DNA from: Eledone cirrhosa
Taxonomy: Eukaryota
Length of the DNA: 64,000 nucleotides
Direction: 5' to 3'
Assembly (NCBI GenBank): GCA_964016885.1
Contig: OZ024742.1
Coordinates: forward strand, 296,918,001-296,982,000
Shown: piece by piece, positions 1 through 11,414 of the stretch
Position numbering within the stretch: position 1 is the stretch's first letter
Layout: the number at the start of each line of letters is the position of its first letter
Made by a program: the position numbers and the translations under genes
The notes under the pieces: generated by a model
Told to the model about the DNA's origin: nothing
Database searches by the model: none
The model's input: the letters and a program-made list of their open reading frames with translations, nothing else

Positions 1-133
1 AGATCGCTGAAACTCACTGAGGAGATGACGAAGGATCATGACAAGTGGAGAGATGCTGTGCTGAATAGGACCCGTCCCACCCTTGCAAGCAGGGAAAAGC
101 GGACGTAAAATGAAATGATGAAATGATGATGAT
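1..133 (+). mobile_element. 3' end of RTE-clade LINE (family B) with (GAT)n tail
   Basis: Closely matches the reverse complement of 55205-55336 (cccacccttgcaagcagggaaaagcggacgtaaaatgatgat), the 3' end of an RT-coding RTE copy. Confidence 0.85.
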
Positions 134-145
134 ATGTGTGTGTGA

Positions 146-176
<31 letters not shown>

Positions 177-1047
177 TGTATATCTTGCTCTGGAAGAAAT
201 TCGCTATGGTGATGTATGGGCTCTGCTAGGTGTTTAAAATGACCAAATCATAAATTGTTTTGGCACGGCTTTCCAATGACGCCATTAGATTTTAAGGGTG
301 CTTTACTAATGTTTATATTGCATATCAATTAAAGGAAATTACTTTCTGAAGAACTAGTCAATGCATTCATATACTCATATAAATGGAATAGACTTCCATC
401 AGTTTTGGCAATGAGCGTTCACTTGATGGAACGTCTACTCATGAAATTAACTTACCAGGGGCTGATCATTCCACAGAGGTGTGTAATTGTTGTGTAATTC
501 TCAAGTAGATTCATCATGAAACAATGTGAGGACAAGGCTGACCCTTTCAAATACTGACACAGTCCACCTAACAGGTTTCCGGGCAGCTTCATTTAGCAAT
601 TTCAATCACAAGGCATTGTTTGCTTGGAGCTATGGTAAATGGCACTTGTCCAAGATGTTATGCAATAGGGTTGAACACAAGACCTAAGGATTACTAATTC
701 GGCCATACTGTATCCACATGTTTATAATACAGACCTGTATAGATGTTAATTCGCAGCTGCTTCTAATATTTTGCATATTTATTATCTAATTAGAATACAT
801 CTATGTAAATAAATAGTAATAATGAGAAAAGAGGGGGTTAAATTATTTATGACATAATTAATATTCTCAATAATTTAATGGAAATATCTGGATTCTGCAG
901 TTATTATTATTAGAATGAACTGATGAAAAACACAAAGAGAACAGCATATTGTTGTTGTTAGATAGGGATATACATGAAGGAAAGAAAATATCTATAAATG
1001 TATTAGTACTGTCTGTTTCAATAATTACACTGATTCATTCTCTCTCT

Positions 1048-1088
<41 letters not shown>

Positions 1089-3164
1089 CCAATAGAGGGA
1101 CCAGCAGTGTTAGTCGAGGGGAGTATAATAAGTAAGGCAATCAAGGATATGAAGACAGGTAAGGCGGCTGGGCCTTCGGAAATAGTTGCTGAGATGCTGA
1201 AGGCATCTGGCACGGTGGGACACACCATGGTCACCCGCATAGTTAACCAAGTCGTACAGAATGGGGTTGTACCGAAGGACTGGCATAGCAGCATCATCGT
1301 TAACTGTTATAAGGGTAAAGGAGACGCCCTAGATAGGAGTAACTATAGAGGCATTAAATTAATCGACCAGGTCATGAAGGTCACGGAAAAAGTAATAGCG
1401 CAACTAATCAGAGAGAGAATTGACCTAGATGAAATGCAGTTCGGGTTTGTGTCGGGCAAAAGTACCACAGACGCTCTTTTCATAGTACGACAACTACAGG
1501 AGAAGTACCTAGCTAAAGGTAAACCCCTCTACTTAGCTTTTGTCGACTTGGAGAAAGCCTTCGACAGAGTCCCCCGCTCCATTATCTGGTGGGCTCTTTG
1601 AAAACTAGGCGTTGACGAATGGCTTGTGAGGGCTATACAAGCCATGTATAAAGAAACAGTCAGCAAGGTTAGAATTAACAACGAATATAGTGAAGAGTTT
1701 AGCGTAAAAGTTGGCGTCCATCAGGGCTCTGTTCTCAGCCCACTACTATTTATTATTGCCCTTCAGGCTATAACAGAGGAGTTCAAGACAGGCTGCCCAT
1801 GGGAACTCCTATACGCAGACGACCTGACACTCATAGCGGAATCAATGGCCGAGCTAGAGAAGAAATTCCAAACATAGAAGCACAGCCTAGAGTCAAAAGG
1901 ATTTAAAATTAACCTGGCTAAGACCAAAGTACTAGTTTGTAGGAAAGAAAACAAGGCGTCGGTCCCTTCTGGGAAATGGTCATGCTCGGTGTGTAGGAAA
2001 GGCGTAGGTAGAAACTCCATTTTATGTCCTAAATGCAAAGTATGGGTGCATAAAAGATGTAGTGGGATCACGGTAAGCTAACTAAGAAAATAGATTTTAC
2101 ATGTGGCCGGTGCTCTGGTGCAATAAGTAGCAGCAAGTGCCCACAAATACTAGCTCTTTCAATTGAGCAGAGGGTTCTATAGAAATAGTGGACAGCTTCC
2201 GTTACCTGGGCGATAAAATCAGCAGTGGGGGAGGGTGCTCTGAAATTACTGTAGCTAGAGTCAGAACTGGTTGGAAAAAGTTCAGAGAGCTTATACCACT
2301 ATTAGCTGCTGAAGGGTTCTCCCTAAAAATGAAAGGCAGGTTGTACGATGCCTGCATACGAACAGCAATGCTGCATGGCAGTGAGACCTGGGCATTGTGT
2401 GCAGAGGATATACGCAGACTAGAGAGGAACGAAGCTTGCATGCTCCGCTGGATGTGTAACAGTAATATACGTGAACGGCAAAGCATAAACGAACTAAGGA
2501 AAAAATTAAAGATAAGAGGGATCAGATGTTGTTTACTCGAGAGAAGGCTACGTTGGTATGGACACGTGATGCGCATGAAAGTCGATAGCTGTATAACAAA
2601 GTGCAGGGCAATAAAGATAGACGGTAGTCACGGAATAGGCAGACCTAGAAAAACCTGGGACGAGCTGATAAACTCCGACATCACACACTTACACCTCTCC
2701 AAGACAATGTCACTGGACCGAGACCTTTGGCGGTACTCAGTAACAGAGAAGACCCGCCTTACCTAAATATATAGTAAAACCTACTCCAGCCAGTAGGCAT
2801 CTCTAACAAAATACACCCCGTCCCACCACCACCACCCCACCCCATCCACACCACCCCGTTCTATGTAAAGTTATGTTGGTGCCACACCATCCAGGCCGAA
2901 ACAAATGAGATCGTGTAGGTGTCACGACAAAAAAACACACAGTCCACGCTGTAATGTGGCCGTGTAGGCAACACGGTAAAAACCTCCCAGACCCACACTG
3001 TAAATGTGGTTGGTGTTAGGAAGGGCATCCAACTGTAGAAAACCTGCCAGACAGTCCTATGCGAGCAAGACAATCACTCTTGCCTCAAGTGGGACTACCC
3101 CCGTCCAAACCCATGCAAGCGTGGAACACGGACGTTAAACGTTGATGATGATGATGATGATGAT
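1089..3164 (+). mobile_element. 5'-truncated RTE-clade LINE (family A): decayed RT ORF 1089-2766, 3' UTR, (GAT)n tail
   Basis: RT motifs KGKGD..NYRGIKL, FVDLEKAFDRV, GVHQGSVLSPLLF, YADDL, FRYLG, GSETW, RLRWYGHV, GRPRKTW across ORFs 1107-2766, with stops and frameshifts; ends ggacgttaaacgtt(gat)n. Confidence 0.95.
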
Positions 3165-3294
3165 ATATATATATTGGTAAACGGAATAGAAAATGCTGAC
3201 AAATTGTTCACAGTTGAAAAATGGTTTAATTAGGAATAAAAGAGTATTAGTGATTGTATGGGTTAGTATTCAGTTGTGGTTTTAAGTTTTTAAG

Positions 3295-3333
3295 TTTTTA
3301 CCGGTTGCGCATTTCTAAATGCTTTTCAAAAAT
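3295..3333 (-). ncRNA. Degenerate minimal hammerhead ribozyme (U3-A8 core, GAAA mutated to GCAA)
   Basis: Minus strand: ttt TTGAAAA gcattt-ag-aaatgc GCAA ccgGTA aaa; same layout as the HHR at 10336-10373. Confidence 0.55.
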
Positions 3334-3647
3334 AATTTTGAGATAGAGTGTCCGTGCTGTTTGCTCTGATCTGATTAGTTTTGGGAATTCTACCTGTTTT
3401 TATGTTAAAAAAGTGGCTCCAGCGTTATTTTTGTGTCGCAAAAATGCTTGTGGTCAAAACAATTTTGATTGGTCGGTAGAGGTCATGTGAATGTAAAAAG
3501 TTGATTTTGCGCCAAGACTGTTTTTATGTTAAAAAAGTGGCTCCAGCAAAATTCTTGGTCAAAACAATTTTGATTGGTCGGTAGAGGTCATGTGGACAAA
3601 AAATTGGTTTTGCGCCAATATTGAGAAATGACTCTTTCACAACAAAT

Positions 3648-3657
3648 ATGTGTGTGT

Positions 3658-3712
<55 letters not shown>

Positions 3713-3715
3713 TGT

Positions 3716-3809
<94 letters not shown>
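3648..3809. repeat. (TG)n microsatellite
   Basis: Direct reading. Confidence 0.97.
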
Positions 3810-3811
<2 letters not shown>

Positions 3812-4022
3812 TAGTAGTAAGGTGTTCGATTCTGCGACAATGGCCAGCAGCGATGTGTGTCAAATGGCTATTAAGATAAGTGTGTGTGTTTGTGTGTGTG
3901 TGTGTGTGTGTATAGCAGAGTAATTCGATGGTCAGTAAGAATGTGTCTGAAAGCAATAGGGGTATATATATAGTAAAAGGATGAAGAATAACATTGTCGG
4001 TTCTACAATAGGGTTTATCTGA

Positions 4023-4133
4023 AGTATTAACAATTGTTTCATTAGTCTAGTGTGGCTGAAAGTCGCTGATTGCTAGAAGTCAAGTCACTCGACTTTAATT
4101 ACAGTCAATACCTGACCAAATCATCAGAATACT
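4023..4133 (-). ncRNA. Type I hammerhead ribozyme with ~80-nt stem II domain
   Basis: Minus strand: agtatt CTGATGA tttggtc...gactaat GAAA caattGTT aatact. Stem I agtatt/aatact, palindromic stem III acaattgt, inner hairpin aaagtcg/cgacttt. Confidence 0.75.
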
Positions 4134-4192
4134 GATCAGTGTACATGATGCAGTGCACTAGTATTTATAGATACATGGGAGGATAACATAAA

Positions 4193-4416
<224 letters not shown>

Positions 4417-4624
4417 TTGTTTTACTTGAGACGTGTGCCAGTTCGCTGGTAAGTTTTTGTTGATTTTCTAAGAAATCAAAAATTTATTACTATTTTATAG
4501 CTTGACCCCACGTCTGGACTTTCAGACGGTGAGTCAAGTCATCTTCACCCCTCCCTGGGGTGAAATTTTCGTTTGGAAAAAATTTCGCCGCTGGTAAAAT
4601 TGTAAACAAACCTTGAATTCAGTC

Positions 4625-6421
4625 ATGAACGCTGCGTTCATAACTAGAAGTGGTGGAGAGGCGGTAAGAGTGTTAAGCTCGCAGTCACCTCCTCTCACCA
4701 CCTTATTGAAAGACATCCAAAATGTCGTCAGTTTTGAAAGCACGATGTCGGACGTTGATTGTAACATCAGCACTAACACAAACACCAATAACATGCAAAA
4801 TATAAACAATACCAACCAGAACAACAACAATAATGACAACAATAAGAAGAACAACAACAATGATAACAACAACACCACCAACAACAACAGCAACACGAAC
4901 AACTCCACGAACAAGGAAAATATTTCCTTTGCTCAAACCGTCCAAAAGACGGACGGAACTGTTCACATACCTTGACATTTCCAATGCTAGGGAAATGTTA
5001 AGTGATGCAAAACAGTACGTAACTTTTGGTGAGAGTGGTGCTTTCAGCATCACTTCTCCTCAACAGTTACGCAGAGAAACTGTTCTAAAAACAGTAATTT
5101 TTAGGACGGTTTTAAATGTGTCGAAAAAACCAGTTCAATTATCCCAAAATGACATTGAACTGGTTCTGAAGAATTCCATGAAGGATATTGCCTTTATCCA
5201 AAAAGGGAAACATTTTGGAAGCATTTCGGTGTTGTTGAAAGACCAATTGACAGCACAAAAATATTCTGTATCGCCGATTGTGTCCCCCCTTTACACCTTT
5301 TTCCCCACATGTATGGAAAAAAGAACACAAAAGATAAAAATTTCGAACATTGTACCAAATGTAAACGTCTGGTGGATTTTAACTGGCCTCATCGATTTCG
5401 ATGAAGACATCATCATTTCGGTGGGAAAGTCCTCCAGAGGCACATTCAATGGTACAAGCATGGAAGTTCTGGTCCAAATAAGGCCAGAACGGATAGCTAA
5501 AATACCCCAACGTGTGCCTCTGGATGGAATTTCACACATAAACATTTCTGTTGAGGGTAGGCGGCCTTCATGTTACCACTGTTTAAGTAGTCGTCACCTG
5601 AAGGCTTACTGTCCTCAGTTAACTACAAAAAGAAAAGAGGCACTACTGCCAACACCCAAAACAACAACACAACCACCACCACCACCACCACCACAACAAC
5701 AACAACATGCAAACATAACCAAAACAAGAACAACAAACCAACCTGTAAGCACAGTCCCACCCAACCCCTTCCAAATAACACAGACACCACAACGGACGAG
5801 GCCCCCATATCATCACCAAGTGACGATGAGGGGGAGCCTCTCCGTTCGAAAAGAAAGAAGAAAAGACACCACAAGAACAAAAAAACAACAAACATCACTA
5901 CAAACATACAACCACCAACACAAACAACAGAAACATTACAAACAAAAACCCCCCGTCCCGAAAACAAAACCACGACATCACTCCAAACGCAAGCACCTAC
6001 AACAAAACGAAAGCTCCCACAAGAACAACAGACAAAAACCACCGCAACACAACAAGAACATTACACATACATAAACAGTAAAAACAAAACTTTAATGGAG
6101 GTCATCTCCAACGACCCTTCGGTGAAAACCGAAGGGAAAACTTTTTCGAACTGTGTAGACAAACCTAATTTAAAGATGATTAGGGCCTCTACGGACACCT
6201 ATAAGTCTTTAAAGGAAAACTTTCCTAAGGACGTGGGTAATCCTTTTGTTAAACCCATTAACCGCGTCCTTTTAAAAAGTTTCCCCACCCTCACCCCAGA
6301 CACCCCCACCCCACCAAACATCTCCGTCCCCACCCCGCCGGAAACCACCACCCACCCAGACAACCCCTCTAACACCCCCATGGAAACCGGGCGGCCTGAT
6401 CCCCGGGAGACGAAGAGGTGA
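4625..6421 (+). pseudogene. Tx1 ORF1 (gag-like, CCHC zinc knuckle), frameshifted
   Basis: ORFs 4613-4975, 4833-6074 and 6095-6421; SFAQTV motif, VEGRRPSCYHCLSSRHLKAYCP (CX2CX4HX4C), Pro/Thr/Gln-rich tail. Confidence 0.85.
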
Positions 6422-6461
6422 GTGTTTTCTTCTCCTGTTCTTTTAACTTTTCAGAACTAAC

Positions 6462-9400
6462 ATGGCCAATATAAGAGTTGGATGTGTGAATGTACGTGGC
6501 CTGGAGATGCCCTGGAACAGGGCAAACTCTTAAACGACCTCAAGTCGCACAGTATGGATGTAGTAGGCATTTGCGAGTCCAGGATCCACAGCGAGCGACA
6601 GCTGGCCCCCATCTTCGATGACTTTGAGATCTACACATCTCTCTGTCAGCCGGGGGGTGGGGGCGGGGTTTCCGTTTTGCTGCGGAACCACCTGGGCCTC
6701 GTAACACAGACGGTACATCTGGATCCGGAGGGTTGACTGGTGGTCTTAGACGTTGACGGTAGTGAAGGTAGAGCCTTCAGGCTGGTGGCCGCATATGCCC
6801 CATCCAGGACACTGCGGCCAGACTTCTTCAAACGTCTCGAGACTTTTCTTGGAACGTTCCGCTCCTTGCTTTTAGTGGGGGACTGGAATGGAATCCTAGA
6901 TGCACGTTGGGACTATGTGGGAACATGTCCCGATAAAGGGGGGGGGGGTGTAACAGCCTCAAACAGTTAATCGGCCGATTTGACCTGGCAGATAGATATC
7001 GACTAGATTTTAGGACTGTGCCACTGTGGACGTGGACTAATCTTATGCGGAACATCTAGATCGTACCTAGATAGAGTTCTAGTTAGAAATAAGGATAGGG
7101 ACATGTTAAGCTGTCCACCAATGTTCATGGTTGCCTATTCAGATCACAAACTAGGTACCTGCATATTCAACCTTGATAGAACCCATAGACAAGGACCCGG
7201 CTACTGGAAGCTGAACTTGTCGTTACCGACATGCAAAGCCTACAGTAGACGGATTAGCACTTTAGTTAAACGGCACTTGACAGGGGCCATTGTCAACAAC
7301 AGAGGGTTGTACTCTCTCAAGAGGGCAGTTAGATTAGACTCGTTAGTTTTTAGTAAAGAATTAGCGTTAGATAGAAATCGAACCGAGAAGGAACTGGTAG
7401 ATAAAGTAGAAGAGGCAATTAGAAGTGGCAACGTAGCCAGTGTGCTAGCAACGAGAACGGCCTTGGACCAGTTCTTCGACGCAAAGCACGAGGGCTGCGT
7501 TGTCAGAAGCAAAATACGTGCTCTGGGAAACGAGGGAGCCAAAGCTGTCAGCTGGGTCCGAGTGACGGAGGCAAAAAGTGGCAACAAGTCCACGATTCGG
7601 GCTTTGAAGGACCAAGACGGACGCGTGATACGTGAGCCGAAGCAGTTGTGTGCGGCCTTTCAGCGGTACTTTGCTCAACTGTTCGGGCAGGGCGGCGCGC
7701 CGGGAGGGGCTATGGATTTCGGTCCATACCTCGACGGCCTACCGCGACTGTTGGACAGCGAGGCGAAGTTCTGCGAAAAGCCAATTTTAGCCGCTGAGAT
7801 AGGGGACGCGCTGAGCCAATGCGGCAAATGCAAATCTCCAGGTCTCGACGGTCTACCCTACAAATTTTACTTAGCAATGCCGGACTTATTCTCCGGACTC
7901 CTGGAAGCGGTCCACTGCAACTGGCAGCAGAACGGGCGAATTCTCAGTTCTGTGACCGGGTGCGTAGTCACACTAGTCAGGAAGGACGAGAATAAGGGGG
8001 ATGACATAGGCAACTTCCGGCCCATAACTCTTCTAAACACAGAGTTACAGATTTTGGCCAAGGTGTTGGCAAAGAGGCTGGCGCTTGTCGTCGCGAACCT
8101 GGTGGGAGAAGCGCAGACATGTGCAATCCGGACCAGGTCCATACACGACAACCTCCACCTCATGCGATACATCATAGAGAGGGTAGGGTGTAAAACCGGC
8201 TTCGGTGGGGCCCTGATCAACTTGTATGAGTCTAAGGCTTTCGATAGGGTCGAGCATCGTTACCTGGATGCGGTGCTCAAGGTGGCAGGCTTCGTACCCG
8301 TGTTCAGGGGTTAGATTGCTGCAATGCACAACAGCAACATTTGCTCAAGGGTCAACGTGAACGGCTACCTCTCGGAGCCGTTCCATATCACGCGATCCAT
8401 TCGACAGGATGCTCTCTCTCCTCCCTTCTGTACGTACTGACTCTCAAGCCACTACTGCGGAAGTTGGAGCTATTGCAGGGCATCCCTCTGGAACTGGGAC
8501 TGCGGAAAGCGGCGTCGGCCTACGCCGACGACGTGTCAGTAATGGTGTTGAGCGCCTCACAAATCGAGGAAGTCGGCACCTTACTGAAGGAATACGAAAG
8601 GTTCACAGGAGCGAAGCTGAACCGGGACAAGTCCATCGGTTTGCAACTCGGATCGTGGAGAGGCAAACCGATGCCTTCCGATGGCGTCGTCGGACGCTGG
8701 ACGGAAGGACCGGTAAAGCTGCTTGGGGTCTGGTTTGGTCCGGACCTCCAGGTGGAGAAGAACTGGAACGAGGTGACGGCCAAAGTGTTTGCACTCACCC
8801 AAAAGTGGGCCGAGTGCAAACTATCCTTGAAAGGTTGAGCGGAGGTGGCGAACACTTTTATAGCGTCCGCCATCTCCTACCGCTTGACCGTCGTGCCTTG
8901 TCCAGCCAAAACGCACACCAAAATGGAGCACGCGCTCTTCCAATTCTTCGTGAGAAGATCGATCTGCTGCCAGAGGGCTGGGGATGCCGTGGCTCACTAT
9001 GCGCAAATACGCACTCAGGCTGCGGCATCTCTACGTATTCCTCACCGGACAACCGGTGTGGGCCCCATTCGTGAGGCGAGCCTTCCCATGACTCGTCTCG
9101 CTGACCGAGCTGCAGTCCTGGGTCAAGCAAAGACCGAAGAAAATGGGCGACTGGCACATCGAATGTGCTCAGGTGCTCACAGCTCACTGGCAGGCGGACT
9201 TGGCGATCAGTGGAGACTCCACTTCGTCATTCTATAGAGGGTTGATCCGCAGCAAGTACGACGACGTGCTCGGTGAAACTCTAGGCATAGAGGAAGACGA
9301 ACTGGGCAGTCTGTTTGGTAGGAACTTCCACCTGAGACCGATGGACAACTTCCAAAAGTCCCTGGCCTGGCAGTGCTACCAAGGAGCTCTACCTGTTCAA

Positions 9401-9867
9401 GACAAGCTCTACAGACATGGGCGCCCGGGAAGGGACCCTGCAAAAAAGATCTGTCCGAGGTGCGTGCGAGACGAAGAAACCGTCGCGCCACGCATTCATA
9501 CACTGCCCAGGCATTACCGATGTGGGGCTATGTAGAACGACTATTGTCGCGGGTGGGACCAATCCGGTTGACCACCGAGTCCATTGTCATGATCAAACCA
9601 CCACCCTCCTTCAAAAACGAAGGAGAGGCGGTTTTCCTTTGTGTGATAGCTATACCAAAAGAGGTTGTATGGTGGACAAGGTTGAAAGGGCTGAGGTCAG
9701 ACACCTTTCTCTCTGGCCAACAACTGATTCTTTTTTTCAAATACCACTTTGGAAGAAGAATCAGCTTGGAGAGAGAGGTGCTGTACCCCAGCAAGTTTTA
9801 TGAAAAGTGGGTGAAAGTGGCGAGAATGGCCCGAGTGCATGGGCCTTCTCTCTATATCAGCCTGTAG
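6462..9867 (+). pseudogene. Tx1 ORF2 (APE endonuclease, RT, C-terminal Cys-rich domain), multiple stops and frameshifts
   Basis: MANIRVGCVNVRGL, AAYAP, LVGDWN, YLDRV, SDHK, GPGYWKLN, KSPGLDGLP, FRPITLLN, KAFDRVEH, AYADDV, LLGVWF, CPRC..EET..HAFIHCP. Confidence 0.92.
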
Positions 9868-10094
9868 GTTGAGGAAAAAGAGGAGGAGAGGAAAGTGGTA
9901 CAAACTCTTCGATGAGGGTTGCACATTTTTTTCGGGAGTATGTGTTACCCATATATGATGTCTCCCCCTATTGGGGAAAATCGACTAATTTTTAAATTGC
10001 ATTTGTGATAATATTTTACACGTTTTTATTGTATGTAAACTTCCCCCTTTGTATTTGTCCCCTTCTTTTGTGCCCCTGTGGCTAATAAAGAAAC

Positions 10095-10204
<110 letters not shown>

Positions 10205-10335
10205 GTGAGGTTTTTTTTACAAAATGAAAAATAACCGAGGTGTCCTACACGAGTGGAAGTATAAAGAAAAAGGGATGAAATCGAAAATGCAACTGAAGTC
10301 TTATTTTTTTTAAAAATATATATATTTATTTGGTT

Positions 10336-10373
10336 CCTTTACCGGTTTCGCAGTTCTTCTGCTTTTCAAAAGG
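10336..10373 (-). ncRNA. Minimal hammerhead ribozyme, U3-A8 variant (3' pLTR)
   Basis: Minus strand: cctt TTGAAAA gcag-aagaa-ctgc GAAA ccgGTA aagg. Confidence 0.8.
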
Positions 10374-11170
10374 TGAGTTGAGATGGAGGGTCTGTGGTTT
10401 TTCTCACATCTGGTTGGTCTCTAAATGTTACTTGTTTTATATGGAAAAAGTGGCTCGAAAACCAGGTTTTTAGAGAAGTAATTTGATTGGTTTGTCAACA
10501 ATTATAATAAATTTCGCGCCAGTTCGCGTTACAATAGTTCTTCAAATAAGAGAGGGGGGGGGTTGTCACAGGTTGTTTTTTCATATATGAGTGTTTGAAT
10601 TTCTTTTTACTTGAAAAAATGAGGCTCATGAAGGCTTTTTTTTGGTTGGTTATAAATGAAATTTGGCTGTCACGTGAACAAGTTTTCATTACATTTTTGC
10701 GCCCTTATTTGGAAAACTATTCTGTAGTCTTTATAGTGAATGTTATGACAATGGAGAGATAGTGGTCAAGGGAAAAGGGATTGGGAGAAATGTTCTGGTT
10801 CAGTGAATATGGCCAGCTGTCAGAGTTCAGGTGTCAGAGTTCAGATTTTCTATTGAGACTGAAGATATGTGTTTATTTGTGTGCTTGTGTGTGTGTATAT
10901 GTGTGTGTGTGTGTATGTGTGTATTGGAAGATGATTCTATTAGTAGAGATGGGGGAGGGAGTTGTGTGTGTGTGTATATGAGTGTTATGTGTGTGTGTGC
11001 GAGTATGTTAGATAGAGAGAATATATATTTTGTGTGTGTGTATATATATATGTGTGTAGGAAAGTGGTTCTATTAGTAGAAATGGGGAGGGTGTTGTAGG
11101 TGTGGGGGTTGTTATGTGTGCGTATGGGTGTTATGTGTGTGGGAGTATGGTTAGCATGTTAAGATGAAGA

Positions 11171-11205
<35 letters not shown>

Positions 11206-11414
11206 GTGTGTGTGTATGTGTGTGTGTAGGAAAATGATTCCATTAGTAGGAATATTTTTGAATGAACATGTTTTCCTGACTTTTTCGTGTTTGCTGTTGT
11301 ATTGCTAGTGCAAACGTATGTTTAAGGTTTATTTAGTTCGGGTTTTTATTTTCTAAAGTAGAAGGTGTTATGTGTGTGTGTGTATGTCATATTGTGGTGT
11401 TGACATAATGTATA

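Larger units (their letters stand above)
3175..4010 (-). mobile_element. Penelope-like element 3' end / pLTR remnant with internal (TG)n tract
   Basis: Shares aaaagtggctc and tttgattgg motifs with the pLTR at 10197-10864; contains a degenerate U3-A8 hammerhead and a direct duplication (~3395-3510 / ~3518-3617). Confidence 0.55.
4417..10094 (+). mobile_element. Full-length, decayed Tx1/L1-clade non-LTR retrotransposon
   Basis: 5' end ttttacttgagacgtg; ORF1 with zinc knuckle; ORF2 APE-RT-Cys domain; aataaa at 10084; candidate TSD atatctatctat at 4405-4416 and 10095-10106. Confidence 0.9.

Noticed and set aside
3588-3956. ORFs made of HT/CV/YI/RE/LS dipeptide runs (also ~32350-32630, 48360-48870, 50150-50710, 54440-54670, 57150-57470, 59330-59640)
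   Set aside because: They are translations of dinucleotide microsatellites.
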